Of a stretch of DNA of 22,534 bases, positions 1 to 7,624 are shown in pieces. Numbering within the stretch: position 1 is the stretch's first letter; each line of letters begins with the position of its first letter. The notes beneath the pieces are model-generated. The model saw nothing but the letters and a program-made list of their open reading frames with translations, was not told the DNA's origin and did not search any database. The DNA lies in NCBI GenBank assembly GCA_048882045.1, contig JBHLRZ010000044.1, positions 1 through 22,534 of the forward strand, read 5' to 3'. A program made the position numbers and the translations under genes. Source of the stretch: Candidatus Thorarchaeota archaeon (GTDB lineage Archaea > Asgardarchaeota > Thorarchaeia > Thorarchaeales > Thorarchaeaceae).

Positions 1-42
1 CTTATAGTCAACCGTTACCTTGTATATACGGGTGGTCGGGTC

Positions 43-315
43 TTGGATGACACATCGGAAGTAGAGGATAATCAAAATCAGCGCAAACCAATCAGAGGCA
101 GGGGCTCATCCTGGAGATGGATTGTATATCTAGCATTGTTCCTGATCTTCGGATTCTCGGTCATTGGAATGTTGTGGTTCATATTTGTAGAGGGATATGA
201 GATGAGGGATCAAGACTGGCTCATGTTTGGATTTGATGTGATTGGGACCTTGTTGGGAATTGCAGCCCTCTGGGAGGAGTGGCGAATGCGTCGCAGCAAC
301 GTAGCCGAGAGTTGA
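43..315 (+). CDS. Small hypothetical membrane protein (2 TM)
   Basis: 90-aa ORF with a TTG start. Two hydrophobic segments (WIVYLALFLIFGFSVIGMLWFIF; WLMFGFDVIGTLLGIAALW) are flanked by basic residues. Convergent with the next gene, 19-bp gap. Confidence 0.7.
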   Translation: MDDTSEVEDNQNQRKPIRGRGSSWRWIVYLALFLIFGFSVIGMLWFIFVEGYEMRDQDWLMFGFDVIGTLLGIAALWEEWRMRRSNVAES

Positions 316-334
316 CAGAGAAAGAGTAATCCCC

Positions 335-1882
335 TCACCATAACCAGAAACCAATTAGCTGAAGTAACACAGCTTGACCGAAGACAATTAGCAGCAAGAC
401 GGCTTTGTCTCGATTACTCATTCTGGTCTTGCGAATGTATGTTATGACAGGGATCAGGAGAAATGGGAGGAAGAACATACAGATCCTGGCTGTTTCACCC
501 TTCTTTGGGGCTCCTGCAAGAAAGAGAAGACCGAGGGCAATTAGAGCAGCGAGGACCAGGTTGTACTTCTTTGAAGAGTCGAGATCCTCAGCCGCATTTT
601 CTCGAAGCATCCCAAGTCCTTTGAACGCAAGTACCGAGAGGACTGGTCCAAAAAAGATCACGATGTCCATCACGTTCTGGGCTCTGGTGGCAATGTATTG
701 TGCAGGGTTTGCTAGAAGCATAAATCCACTCGGATTCTCCAAATAACTTGCGTAGAAGAACGCGTTGAGATAATTGAATCCAAGTGTCGCATATAGCACC
801 CCATAGACTGCTACTACGACCAGAGATAGGAAGAGAGGATATTTGACACTCTGAATTATCGCTCTCACCCTCTGGATAGTGCCACTCGTTTTGGTCTCCG
901 AATTAGCGTTTAACATCTCATAAATGAAGAGAAACAGGATCATGAAGGCTGAGAGGAATGTGATAAATGTCAGAAGGAACAGACTCACTGCAGTCCCAAC
1001 AGCTGAAATTCTCCTATCTGGATGGAGATAGAAGTAGAGAACTCCCAGGACCAATGTCGCAACAAGGGCGTAGATGTTGGCGAGATAATAGACCTGTACT
1101 GCTGGAAGTATAAGATACAGGAATACTGCGTATCGCGCAGAGTCTTCATCAAAGAGCCTCTTCACAATTCCTCGTAGAAAGAAGGCTGATCCAATCCCTG
1201 CTATGATTGAAAGACCAATGGCTATCAAGCTAGGATCGCTAAAAATCAGGTAGAGGAAGTAGATTGCCAAGACTGCTCCTGGTGGTTGAGTCTGAGCGTG
1301 AAGCGACAGTGTAGGTTGTAGGGCTTCAAAATTCGCAATGAAATCTACGAAGGAATTAACATTGACAGCATCTGAAAATATCTCACTTGCAGCTCCAATT
1401 GTCTGTTCAATGCCAGTCTGCCAACCATGGATCAGATTAGTGGCAATGATCAAGAGAATTCCAACGATAACTATCAGGAAGATGCTTGGACGTGAACCTC
1501 TCTTTCTGTACACGTATCCTATTGTCAATCCGAAGGCAACAAGAATCCCTATACCAATTGCCAACTCAAGAAGAGACGGAAGTACAAGGGTTCCCCAGAG
1601 TGGCCAAGTGCCCATTGTCATCAGACCTGTTCCAGTTATGGGTGACTGACCAGGCAATCCTCCTATGGGTAGACCTCCTACAGGTAGACCTCCTGGCGGT
1701 TGGCGGCCAGCTTGTTGACCTCCAGGAGGTCCCATTCCCACAGTTTGACCTGCAAGAAGATAGTAGAGAGCAATGATTATAGCAAATCCGAACAGGGTGA
1801 GGAGATATGCTTTGATGTTGTTCCTACTCAGCAGGCGATCAGAACTCGAGTAGTTATCCATTGATTGTTCGTTAGCTGTCAT
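335..1882 (-). CDS. Polytopic membrane protein, GT-C-type (GT39/PMT-like) glycosyltransferase-like
   Basis: 515 aa with >10 TM segments and a loop motif SLHAQTQPPGAVL (HPPG-like). Also has LYLILPA and a late GETARICMFFLPF motif (E-x-x-R-I-W-like), as seen in lipid-linked-donor glycosyltransferase-like proteins. Confidence 0.6.
   Translation of the reverse strand: MTANEQSMDNYSSSDRLLSRNNIKAYLLTLFGFAIIIALYYLLAGQTVGMGPPGGQQAGRQPPGGLPVGGLPIGGLPGQSPITGTGLMTMGTWPLWGTLVLPSLLELAIGIGILVAFGLTIGYVYRKRGSRPSIFLIVIVGILLIIATNLIHGWQTGIEQTIGAASEIFSDAVNVNSFVDFIANFEALQPTLSLHAQTQPPGAVLAIYFLYLIFSDPSLIAIGLSIIAGIGSAFFLRGIVKRLFDEDSARYAVFLYLILPAVQVYYLANIYALVATLVLGVLYFYLHPDRRISAVGTAVSLFLLTFITFLSAFMILFLFIYEMLNANSETKTSGTIQRVRAIIQSVKYPLFLSLVVVAVYGVLYATLGFNYLNAFFYASYLENPSGFMLLANPAQYIATRAQNVMDIVIFFGPVLSVLAFKGLGMLRENAAEDLDSSKKYNLVLAALIALGLLFLAGAPKKGETARICMFFLPFLLIPVITYIRKTRMSNRDKAVLLLIVFGQAVLLQLIGFWLW
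1652..1696 (-). repeat. 15-bp tandem repeat encoding (GGLP[V/I])x3 in a Gly/Pro-rich loop
   Basis: ggtagacctcct occurs at 1668-1679 and 1683-1694, with a degenerate third copy at about 1653-1664. The protein reads GGLPVGGLPIGGLPG. Confidence 0.85.
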
Positions 1883-1904
1883 TGCAGGTAAAAGGCTCAG
1901 GGAA

Positions 1905-1962
1905 GAGTATATAGTGATTTACCGAAATCAATCCAGTTTATACCCAAATCTCTCCATAATTG
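1905..1962 (-). promoter_or_regulatory. Putative TATA box plus upstream ~11-bp-period operator repeats for the GT-C-like gene
   Basis: TATATA at 1907-1912 lies 25-30 nt before the ATG at 1882. Upstream on the minus strand are attatggagag / atttgggtata / aactggattga / tttcggtaaat, with GG recurring every ~11 bp. Confidence 0.45.
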
Positions 1963-1965
1963 GGG

Positions 1966-2421
1966 TCAGTCGAGACTGATGTAGAGGAGCACACCAAGTG
2001 CGAAGGTTGTGAAGATGTCTGGCATCATAGCAAATGGACCAAGACCTTGAGCTTGAAATCCAAACAGAACATGAATGATAGGATTTGAAGTTAGAGCGTA
2101 CATTAGGAGTACAAACATTACGATGATGAGCCCCATGGTGAATTTGGACTTGACCTGACGATAGATATCATAGTATATTGATATCATCGAAACACTGAGA
2201 ACTACATTAACCAGTGAAACCATAGTCTTAACCTTCAAGTAGAAATCCATCAGAACACGGTCTGGCTCAGGAATTGGCGGAGGTTGTGTATGAGGCGATA
2301 ATAGCATGAAATTGGCTAGTACAAGTCCTAAGGCTGCCACAATTATCGCAGTCACTATAATCGTCAGGATTACTGATAGTTTTTTGTTCTGCATCTCATT
2401 ATTCTGATTCATCACTACCAC
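1966..2421 (-). CDS. Membrane protein (about 4 TM), partner of the archaeal wHTH regulator
   Basis: Contains Y-x-x-x-Y-R-x-V-K-S-K-F-T-x-G-L, typical of small archaeal membrane proteins encoded next to this wHTH family. The 5' end overlaps the stop of the wHTH gene. The start may instead be the third in-frame codon, Met (MNQNNE). Confidence 0.8.
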   Translation of the reverse strand: MVVMNQNNEMQNKKLSVILTIIVTAIIVAALGLVLANFMLLSPHTQPPPIPEPDRVLMDFYLKVKTMVSLVNVVLSVSMISIYYDIYRQVKSKFTMGLIIVMFVLLMYALTSNPIIHVLFGFQAQGLGPFAMMPDIFTTFALGVLLYISLD

Positions 2422-2731
2422 CTATACCACTTTTCCCAATTTGTTCCCAAATCTCTTCAAAACTCTCGAAGTTTGCATCAATCTCGCTTGAGAGGAAGAA
2501 GACTGAACCATACCCCTCTCCTTGCTGCACTAATACTCCGTGCTTCAACAAGTAGTCGATATGATGTCTGACCGTCTTGTAGTCAAGATCAAGAAGATTC
2601 GCGAGCTGATTGGCATTATACGGCCTTTCATGTATGAGATTTATGATTCTAGCACGGTTGATGCCGCCACGTGTGCCTGCAATCAACCACCAGAGAAGCC
2701 TCTTCGTTTTTCTCCAATCTGTTGCGCTCAT
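2399..2731 (-). CDS. Archaeal ArsR-like winged-helix transcriptional regulator
   Basis: Family signature LLWWLIAGTRGGINRARII...RPYNANQLA..LDLDYKTVRHH...GEGYGSVFFLS...FEEIW. Confidence 0.88.
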   Translation of the reverse strand: MSATDWRKTKRLLWWLIAGTRGGINRARIINLIHERPYNANQLANLLDLDYKTVRHHIDYLLKHGVLVQQGEGYGSVFFLSSEIDANFESFEEIWEQIGKSGIGGSDESE

Positions 2732-3036
2732 CTGTTCAGGAGGGGAAACTCCTCGTCCTTATAGATTGTCGTTGAAGGATATTCAGGAGTGAGGACTTCT
2801 CTTCCCGATATAGCTCGAATCAAAGATTCGTTTGAGATTGTTTGGACCTGAGAATACTCCTCATCAGGTCACACAGAGTCTGGTGACTCAGTGGGTTTCA
2901 TGAGTCCGTCGCCTTCCGATTGATTAATAACTATTGTTAAAGTTACATCTCTCGATTGTTGAGGGAATAGTGAAAGGATGCGCTCAATTCTTCAGAATTC
3001 AATATTGCCTCTCATAGATAGTATGTTTGACTACGG

Positions 3037-3948
3037 GTGAATCGTTTGGATCAACTTGACAAAATGATTGTATTGGATTTGCTTCAAAATTGCAGGCAGT
3101 CTTACCAAGGAATCGCCCGGAAAAATCGAGTTACAATGAATGCAATAAAGAAACGCATTCAGAAACTCCTGGAAACTGGAGTCATTGAATTCTGTATAGA
3201 ACCAAATGTTGGAATGATAGATGGGGACTGGGCGCTTGCCTTTATCTCGACCACTGGCGAAGAAGACCAGTCTGAGTTCATTATGAGTTTAGGTCGGAAC
3301 CGAATGATCAATGAAATTGGAACGGTTTCTGGAGGTGGGTACATCATTTATGCTGTGTACAGGGGACTTGAAGAGCTGGCTGAGTTCAACAAGTTACTTA
3401 GAAGTTTGCAACCTGTCAAGGATATTGAGGTCCATCAATTGCTCATGAACCGAGGTACTAAGACTGAGCTCTCTCAACAGGAAGTCAAAATTCTCCGATG
3501 CATTGTAAATGACCCAAGGATGCGTTTAAGTAAAATTGCAGAATGTACTGGGTACTCGGCCAAGACTGTGCGAAGAGTGTTGAATGACCTGATAGATGGC
3601 GACAGTATCTGGTTTGGGGCCAGATTGCGTCTGAACGCAGCGGACAGTGTGACATTCCTTGCTAAGATTGAATGGGATGAGCAACAAACAGAACTATCGA
3701 ATATTCTGAAGTGGCTCAGTACCGATTTCCCTGAATTCTGGGTTCCAATGATTTCAGCCACTGAACCAGTAGTTTTCGCTGCATTTCTTGTTGATGGTGT
3801 GAAAGGCATAACTCCACTCATTGAGAAAATTAGGTCTGCTGAATTCATAAAGTCTGCAATTTCAATAATGGGTGGCGAAAGTTATAGCTTTTCTGACGTA
3901 AGGAGATACTGGTTAGACGATAAATTTGCAGAGTATGGTCTCGATTAA
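3037..3948 (+). CDS. Lrp/AsnC-like regulator with two HTH modules
   Basis: N-terminal LDQLDKMIVLDLLQNCRQSYQGIA...IKKRIQKLLETGVI, and a second HTH LSQQEVKILRCIVNDPRMRLSKIAECTGYSAKTVRRVLNDL. Each HTH is followed by a RAM-like alpha/beta region. Confidence 0.85.
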   Translation: MNRLDQLDKMIVLDLLQNCRQSYQGIARKNRVTMNAIKKRIQKLLETGVIEFCIEPNVGMIDGDWALAFISTTGEEDQSEFIMSLGRNRMINEIGTVSGGGYIIYAVYRGLEELAEFNKLLRSLQPVKDIEVHQLLMNRGTKTELSQQEVKILRCIVNDPRMRLSKIAECTGYSAKTVRRVLNDLIDGDSIWFGARLRLNAADSVTFLAKIEWDEQQTELSNILKWLSTDFPEFWVPMISATEPVVFAAFLVDGVKGITPLIEKIRSAEFIKSAISIMGGESYSFSDVRRYWLDDKFAEYGLD

Positions 3949-4076
3949 GAGCCAGTATGAACTTATCCCTCTTTTTGAACAACTTGGTTCAGTTTTCTGA
4001 ATCACTGCTGTCATCCTCTCCCTCATTTCGCAACTGATTGCTCCCATCACATAATATAGTGTCAACTCCATGTCAT

Positions 4077-4096
4077 GTTACCAGAAAACTGGTAAC
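4077..4096. promoter_or_regulatory. Perfect 8-4-8 inverted repeat GTTACCAG-AAAA-CTGGTAAC (operator or hairpin)
   Basis: Seen directly. It lies between an AT-rich TATA-like stretch (4051-4058) and the GGAGA RBS (4101-4105) of the 63-aa gene. Confidence 0.55.
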
Positions 4097-4107
4097 GAAC
4101 GGAGAAA

Positions 4108-4299
4108 ATGAATATAATGTCAACTCAAATGTCCCCACAAAAAATCGTACTAGCAATCCTTTACGCGATTGCACTAGCAATGGGTATAGCAGTCATTGTA
4201 TTGCCTATACTTGGACAACCCGTAGATCAATCACTGATTGGAATTGCACTATTCTGTGTAGGTGTCGCAGGTCTCAACACCGTAACTGGAAAGGCGTAA
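4108..4299 (+). CDS. Small 2-TM membrane protein
   Basis: 63 aa with two hydrophobic helices (IVLAILYAIALAMGIAVIVLPIL; LIGIALFCVGVAGL). GGAGA lies upstream. The start could be 4108 or 4117. Confidence 0.75.
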   Translation: MNIMSTQMSPQKIVLAILYAIALAMGIAVIVLPILGQPVDQSLIGIALFCVGVAGLNTVTGKA

Positions 4300-4327
4300 A
4301 GACATCTTTCTGAGGTCTAGAATCAAC

Positions 4328-4720
4328 GTGGGATCCAACATGGACGCTACAGAACTTAGAGAGGAGTACAGGCAAGCGATTGCCTCTCCTCTCATTCTTT
4401 CTGAACTCGACCCAGAATCCGGACTACCATTTATTTTGTATAATAATAATTGGGTCAGAATCCTTCTCGTCAGACGAGCTGATGATTCGCCCGATTCGAT
4501 CGAGGTTGAACTCTCTGTTTCAGAGAGATGTGATGTATTACATATGGATCATCACGAAACAGTATCCAGATTGATCTCTTATTTGAATTACATCTTGTTG
4601 CTCCATGATCGTGGATTCAAATTAGATTCTATGGAGGATGACGTCCTTTGGACTGCATCCTTAGATGTATCTGCTGAACCTGATATTGAACTGTTCGAGA
4701 TCTTGTTACCTTCGGTGTAG
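4328..4720 (+). CDS. Hypothetical acidic cytoplasmic protein
   Basis: 130-aa ORF with globular alpha/beta-like composition and GAGGT upstream. The ATG at 4340 is an alternative start. No family recognised. Confidence 0.7.
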   Translation: MGSNMDATELREEYRQAIASPLILSELDPESGLPFILYNNNWVRILLVRRADDSPDSIEVELSVSERCDVLHMDHHETVSRLISYLNYILLLHDRGFKLDSMEDDVLWTASLDVSAEPDIELFEILLPSV

Positions 4721-4797
4721 TTTTCTCCATCAATTGTTCGTTTCGTCGCTTTAGCTTTTGTTCATTTGATGTGAACCAAAGAATTGACGAGTCATGA

Positions 4798-5367
4798 CTA
4801 TGATCGAATTGCACTCCATGCAATCTCACATGCCTGCTCAATTTGATTCTCATCTATCTTGACGATCCCAACACGATGGTAATTGAGAAGGGTGATAATG
4901 GGGGCGTAGGAGAAAGCTGTCAAGATTGGTAGGGGCAAGTCTTTGATTGTCTTCTCCTTGATTCCACGCTTGAGTAGATTGTCGATTGTCTGGAATAGCT
5001 TGAAATCCTCTGTCTTGATGTTCCCCATCATTGTTGTCCGTTCAAACTGCTCTCGATAGGCGAGATACTCCGGATGCCTGAGATTGAATGAGAAAGCATG
5101 GTGCCAGATTGACTTGAAAATTTCCTCTGTTGTCATTCCCTCATTGACCCCCTCCAACGCCCCCTGACTCATCTCCCTTCTAATCTCGGTGTAGATCTTG
5201 GTGAAGAGGTCTTCTCTGTTCTTGAAGTAGATGTAGATTGTTGCTGGGGAAACCTTGGCCTTCTTCGCGATCTTTGAAATTGATATCCCATCAAAGCCCA
5301 ACTTATTGATCAAACTGATAGATGCATCAACAATTGAATCGTATTTGGCTTGATCTCGGGTTCTCAT
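4798..5367 (-). CDS. TetR/AcrR family transcriptional regulator
   Basis: N-terminal IVDASISLINKLGFDGISISKIAKKAKVSPATIYIYFKNREDL is a canonical TetR HTH. Confidence 0.95.
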   Translation of the reverse strand: MRTRDQAKYDSIVDASISLINKLGFDGISISKIAKKAKVSPATIYIYFKNREDLFTKIYTEIRREMSQGALEGVNEGMTTEEIFKSIWHHAFSFNLRHPEYLAYREQFERTTMMGNIKTEDFKLFQTIDNLLKRGIKEKTIKDLPLPILTAFSYAPIITLLNYHRVGIVKIDENQIEQACEIAWSAIRS

Positions 5368-5398
5368 GGCGAGTTATTGCATGGCAAGGAAGACATAT

Positions 5399-5444
5399 AA
5401 ATGAATGGCCATTCACTAATAGTAAAGTGAATGAACGTTCACTT
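5399..5444. promoter_or_regulatory. Two palindromic TetR-type operators in the divergent promoter
   Basis: 5399-5418 reads AAATGAATGGCCATTCACTA (perfect 14-bp core TGAATGGCCATTCA). 5425-5444 reads AAGTGAATGAACGTTCACTT (7-6-7 inverted repeat). A TATA-like ATATAAAT overlaps the first site. Confidence 0.75.
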
Positions 5445-5449
5445 ATGAG

Positions 5450-6025
5450 GTGAATCAAAAATTGGAAAGTTTGAATGGTGAAAATGGGAAACAACGATTG
5501 CGCCGCATGGCTGTTGTGAGTGGCTTCTTCATGATGGTTGCAGCGGTTCTTACGATTGCCCTGATACAGATGTCAGGGTATGCTGGCACAACTGAAGACA
5601 CTCAGCTCGGTTTCAATGCTGAGATTATCAGAAACTACTTCTCACTCATGAGTCCTGCAGATCTGGGGCTCTTCATAACAGCAAACCTCGCAGATTATCT
5701 CTTCATGCTATGCTATGGCATCTTCTTTTTCAGTTCCGCTTCACTCATCTCGTGGAACTATAAGACTGGTCTTCCAAAGAGGATTGGTCTATCGCTTGCC
5801 TGGGTCGGTGTCATAGCTGCAGTTCTAGATGGGATTGAGAATATGTTCCTGCTCTCGATGACTGCTGACCCAGTTGGATTTGCCAGCTGGCTCGCGATGG
5901 CTCACTCGAGCTTTGCCCTTGCTAAGTTTCTCTTCATGTATGTAGCAATGGCTTGGACCATGGTGGGTTTTGTGGCGAACAGAACCCCTCTAGCTACACA
6001 TCTGAATTCAATTCAGATTGTTTGA
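5450..6025 (+). CDS. Membrane protein (about 4 TM), probable TetR target
   Basis: Hydrophobic segments with ADYLF and LDGIENMF motifs. The true start is probably TTG at 5462, because GAGGTGA at 5447-5453 looks like its RBS. Confidence 0.8.
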   Translation: MNQKLESLNGENGKQRLRRMAVVSGFFMMVAAVLTIALIQMSGYAGTTEDTQLGFNAEIIRNYFSLMSPADLGLFITANLADYLFMLCYGIFFFSSASLISWNYKTGLPKRIGLSLAWVGVIAAVLDGIENMFLLSMTADPVGFASWLAMAHSSFALAKFLFMYVAMAWTMVGFVANRTPLATHLNSIQIV

Positions 6026-6041
6026 GATGAAAAGAAGATTC

Positions 6042-6060
6042 GGGGAGCTTGAAGCTCCCC
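6042..6060. terminator. GC-rich perfect hairpin between convergent genes
   Basis: GGGGAGCTT-G-AAGCTCCCC lies between the stops at 6025 and 6102. It is followed by TTCT on the plus strand and by TCTTCTTTT on the minus strand. Confidence 0.6.
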
Positions 6061-6101
6061 TTCTGATTCTGTGAAGATGATTTCATTTAGAGTCCATCTA
6101 T

Positions 6102-7583
6102 TCATACAGATATTACTCGAATGACATCAGTACCTACGAATAGACTACCATCAGGCAATGTGCCAGTAATTGTAACAGTGACTTCATCTCCGACCATGAG
6201 AACAGCTTGAACTGCACTACGGTCGAATTTCACCATCAGATCAATAATACCGTCCGCATCATAATCTCCAATGGCATACGGATTCGTTTCAGCACTTACA
6301 AGACCATTGAGCATCACTGTACTGATATCAATGTCCTCAGCTGTGTACTCAGAATCTCTCGGAAGCTCGATATAGACTGTGACCCATCTTCCTTTACTAT
6401 CGAGATTTAGGGTGTTGGGGTCGAAGTCCACATCACTAGTGGATGCCAATCCTGCTATGAAGATCTCATAGTCTGACCCTGTGCCTCCACCACGGCCCAT
6501 CCAGGTTACGAATCCACTTGTCACCCTTGCAATCTCGTCACCAATCAGATTGTCAGTTATCTGGTCTGTAACTCCAGTCACAGAATTATGGAGAAAGACC
6601 TCATAGTCGGATCCTCCCTCTATAGCAGTCCATACCACCTTTCCTGCGTAAAGATCATCCACATAGTCATCATAATCGTTTGTCGTAATCTGAGTCTTTG
6701 TATCATCAAAGTAGTCATAGAGAAAAATCTCGAAATCTGTTTCCTCCAGTGGAACATCTGGATTCTCAGGCGCAACATAAGCCACCTGTCCATCATGTAG
6801 CACGAAGCCGCGAGTATAAACTATGTCTTCAATGAATGTTGTGCTCTGACTGATAGAGTCATAGAGAAATAGCTTGACTGTTCCATCAACGAGTGCTCTC
6901 CATACTACCAAGCCTTCATGAATCTGAGGAGCATCGTCTATGTATGTGTTCTCTGTAATCTGAGTTGTGTGTCCTGTGGAATAATCATAGAGGAATATCT
7001 CAAGGCTTTGTGAATGACCCCTCCATGTGACCAGTCCATTTTGAATCTGAGGATAATAATTTGCATATGTGTTATGACTGATTTGGATTGTTTGGCCAGT
7101 CGAGGAGTCATACAGGTATATCTGGGCAAGACCTATAGCTGTTCCCTCCCACGCGTACCAGGTCACGAGGCCCTCATGTATCTGCGGGTGATTGTCGTTC
7201 AGGTCATTATCTGTAATCCTAGTCGTGATTCCAGAGCTATGGTCGTACAGAAAGACCTCATAATCATCGCCATCCGGAGGCCTTGCTAACCAAGTCACCA
7301 ATCCCTCATGGACCTTAGGAATAGTATCAGAATAATCGTTGTTTGTAATCTGGGTTATTGTGTCAGTGTTAGCATCATAGAGAAATATCTCTCTCGCATC
7401 CCCCTCACCACTATACCAGACAATGAATCCATCACTTGCACCTCCAAACCCATCGTTGACATCATTGTCTGTGAGCTGTATACTGGTGTATTCTACTGCT
7501 GCTGTAGTTATTGGAGCGATTGTCATGCTCAGGACAAGTGTGAGTCCAAGAAGCAACACCGCCCGTTTCTTATTTTTTTCCAT
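6102..7583 (-). CDS. Secreted 8-repeat beta-propeller (TolB/archaeal surface type) protein with a C-terminal beta-sandwich domain
   Basis: Signal peptide MEKNKKRAVLLLGLTLVLSMTIAPITTAA. Eight ~42-48-aa repeats QIT-x-N-x(3)-D-x-x-P-x-I-x-x-G-x-V-x-W...EIFLYD. The C-terminal domain reads DFDPNTLNLDSKGRWVTVYIELP...GDYDADGIIDLMVKFDR and contains a DxDxDG Ca-binding loop. Confidence 0.85.
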   Translation of the reverse strand: MEKNKKRAVLLLGLTLVLSMTIAPITTAAVEYTSIQLTDNDVNDGFGGASDGFIVWYSGEGDAREIFLYDANTDTITQITNNDYSDTIPKVHEGLVTWLARPPDGDDYEVFLYDHSSGITTRITDNDLNDNHPQIHEGLVTWYAWEGTAIGLAQIYLYDSSTGQTIQISHNTYANYYPQIQNGLVTWRGHSQSLEIFLYDYSTGHTTQITENTYIDDAPQIHEGLVVWRALVDGTVKLFLYDSISQSTTFIEDIVYTRGFVLHDGQVAYVAPENPDVPLEETDFEIFLYDYFDDTKTQITTNDYDDYVDDLYAGKVVWTAIEGGSDYEVFLHNSVTGVTDQITDNLIGDEIARVTSGFVTWMGRGGGTGSDYEIFIAGLASTSDVDFDPNTLNLDSKGRWVTVYIELPRDSEYTAEDIDISTVMLNGLVSAETNPYAIGDYDADGIIDLMVKFDRSAVQAVLMVGDEVTVTITGTLPDGSLFVGTDVIRVISV

Positions 7584-7624
7584 TTCATTCTCTCCTCTGA
7601 AGGATTTATTTCGTGCTCAAATCT

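Noticed and set aside
2728-2901. Minus-strand frame MKPTESPDSV-TGA-PDEEYSQ...PLLNR ending in an ATGA overlap with the wHTH start (possible selenocysteine or readthrough peptide)
   Set aside because: There is no redox-motif context around the TGA, no recognisable homology and no convincing SECIS element. The frame is short enough to arise by chance.
2855-2907. Hammerhead-ribozyme-like words (GAAAC, GUC, CUGAUGA) on the minus strand
   Set aside because: Stems I and III cannot form in the required register, and the GUC is sequestered in a competing hairpin.
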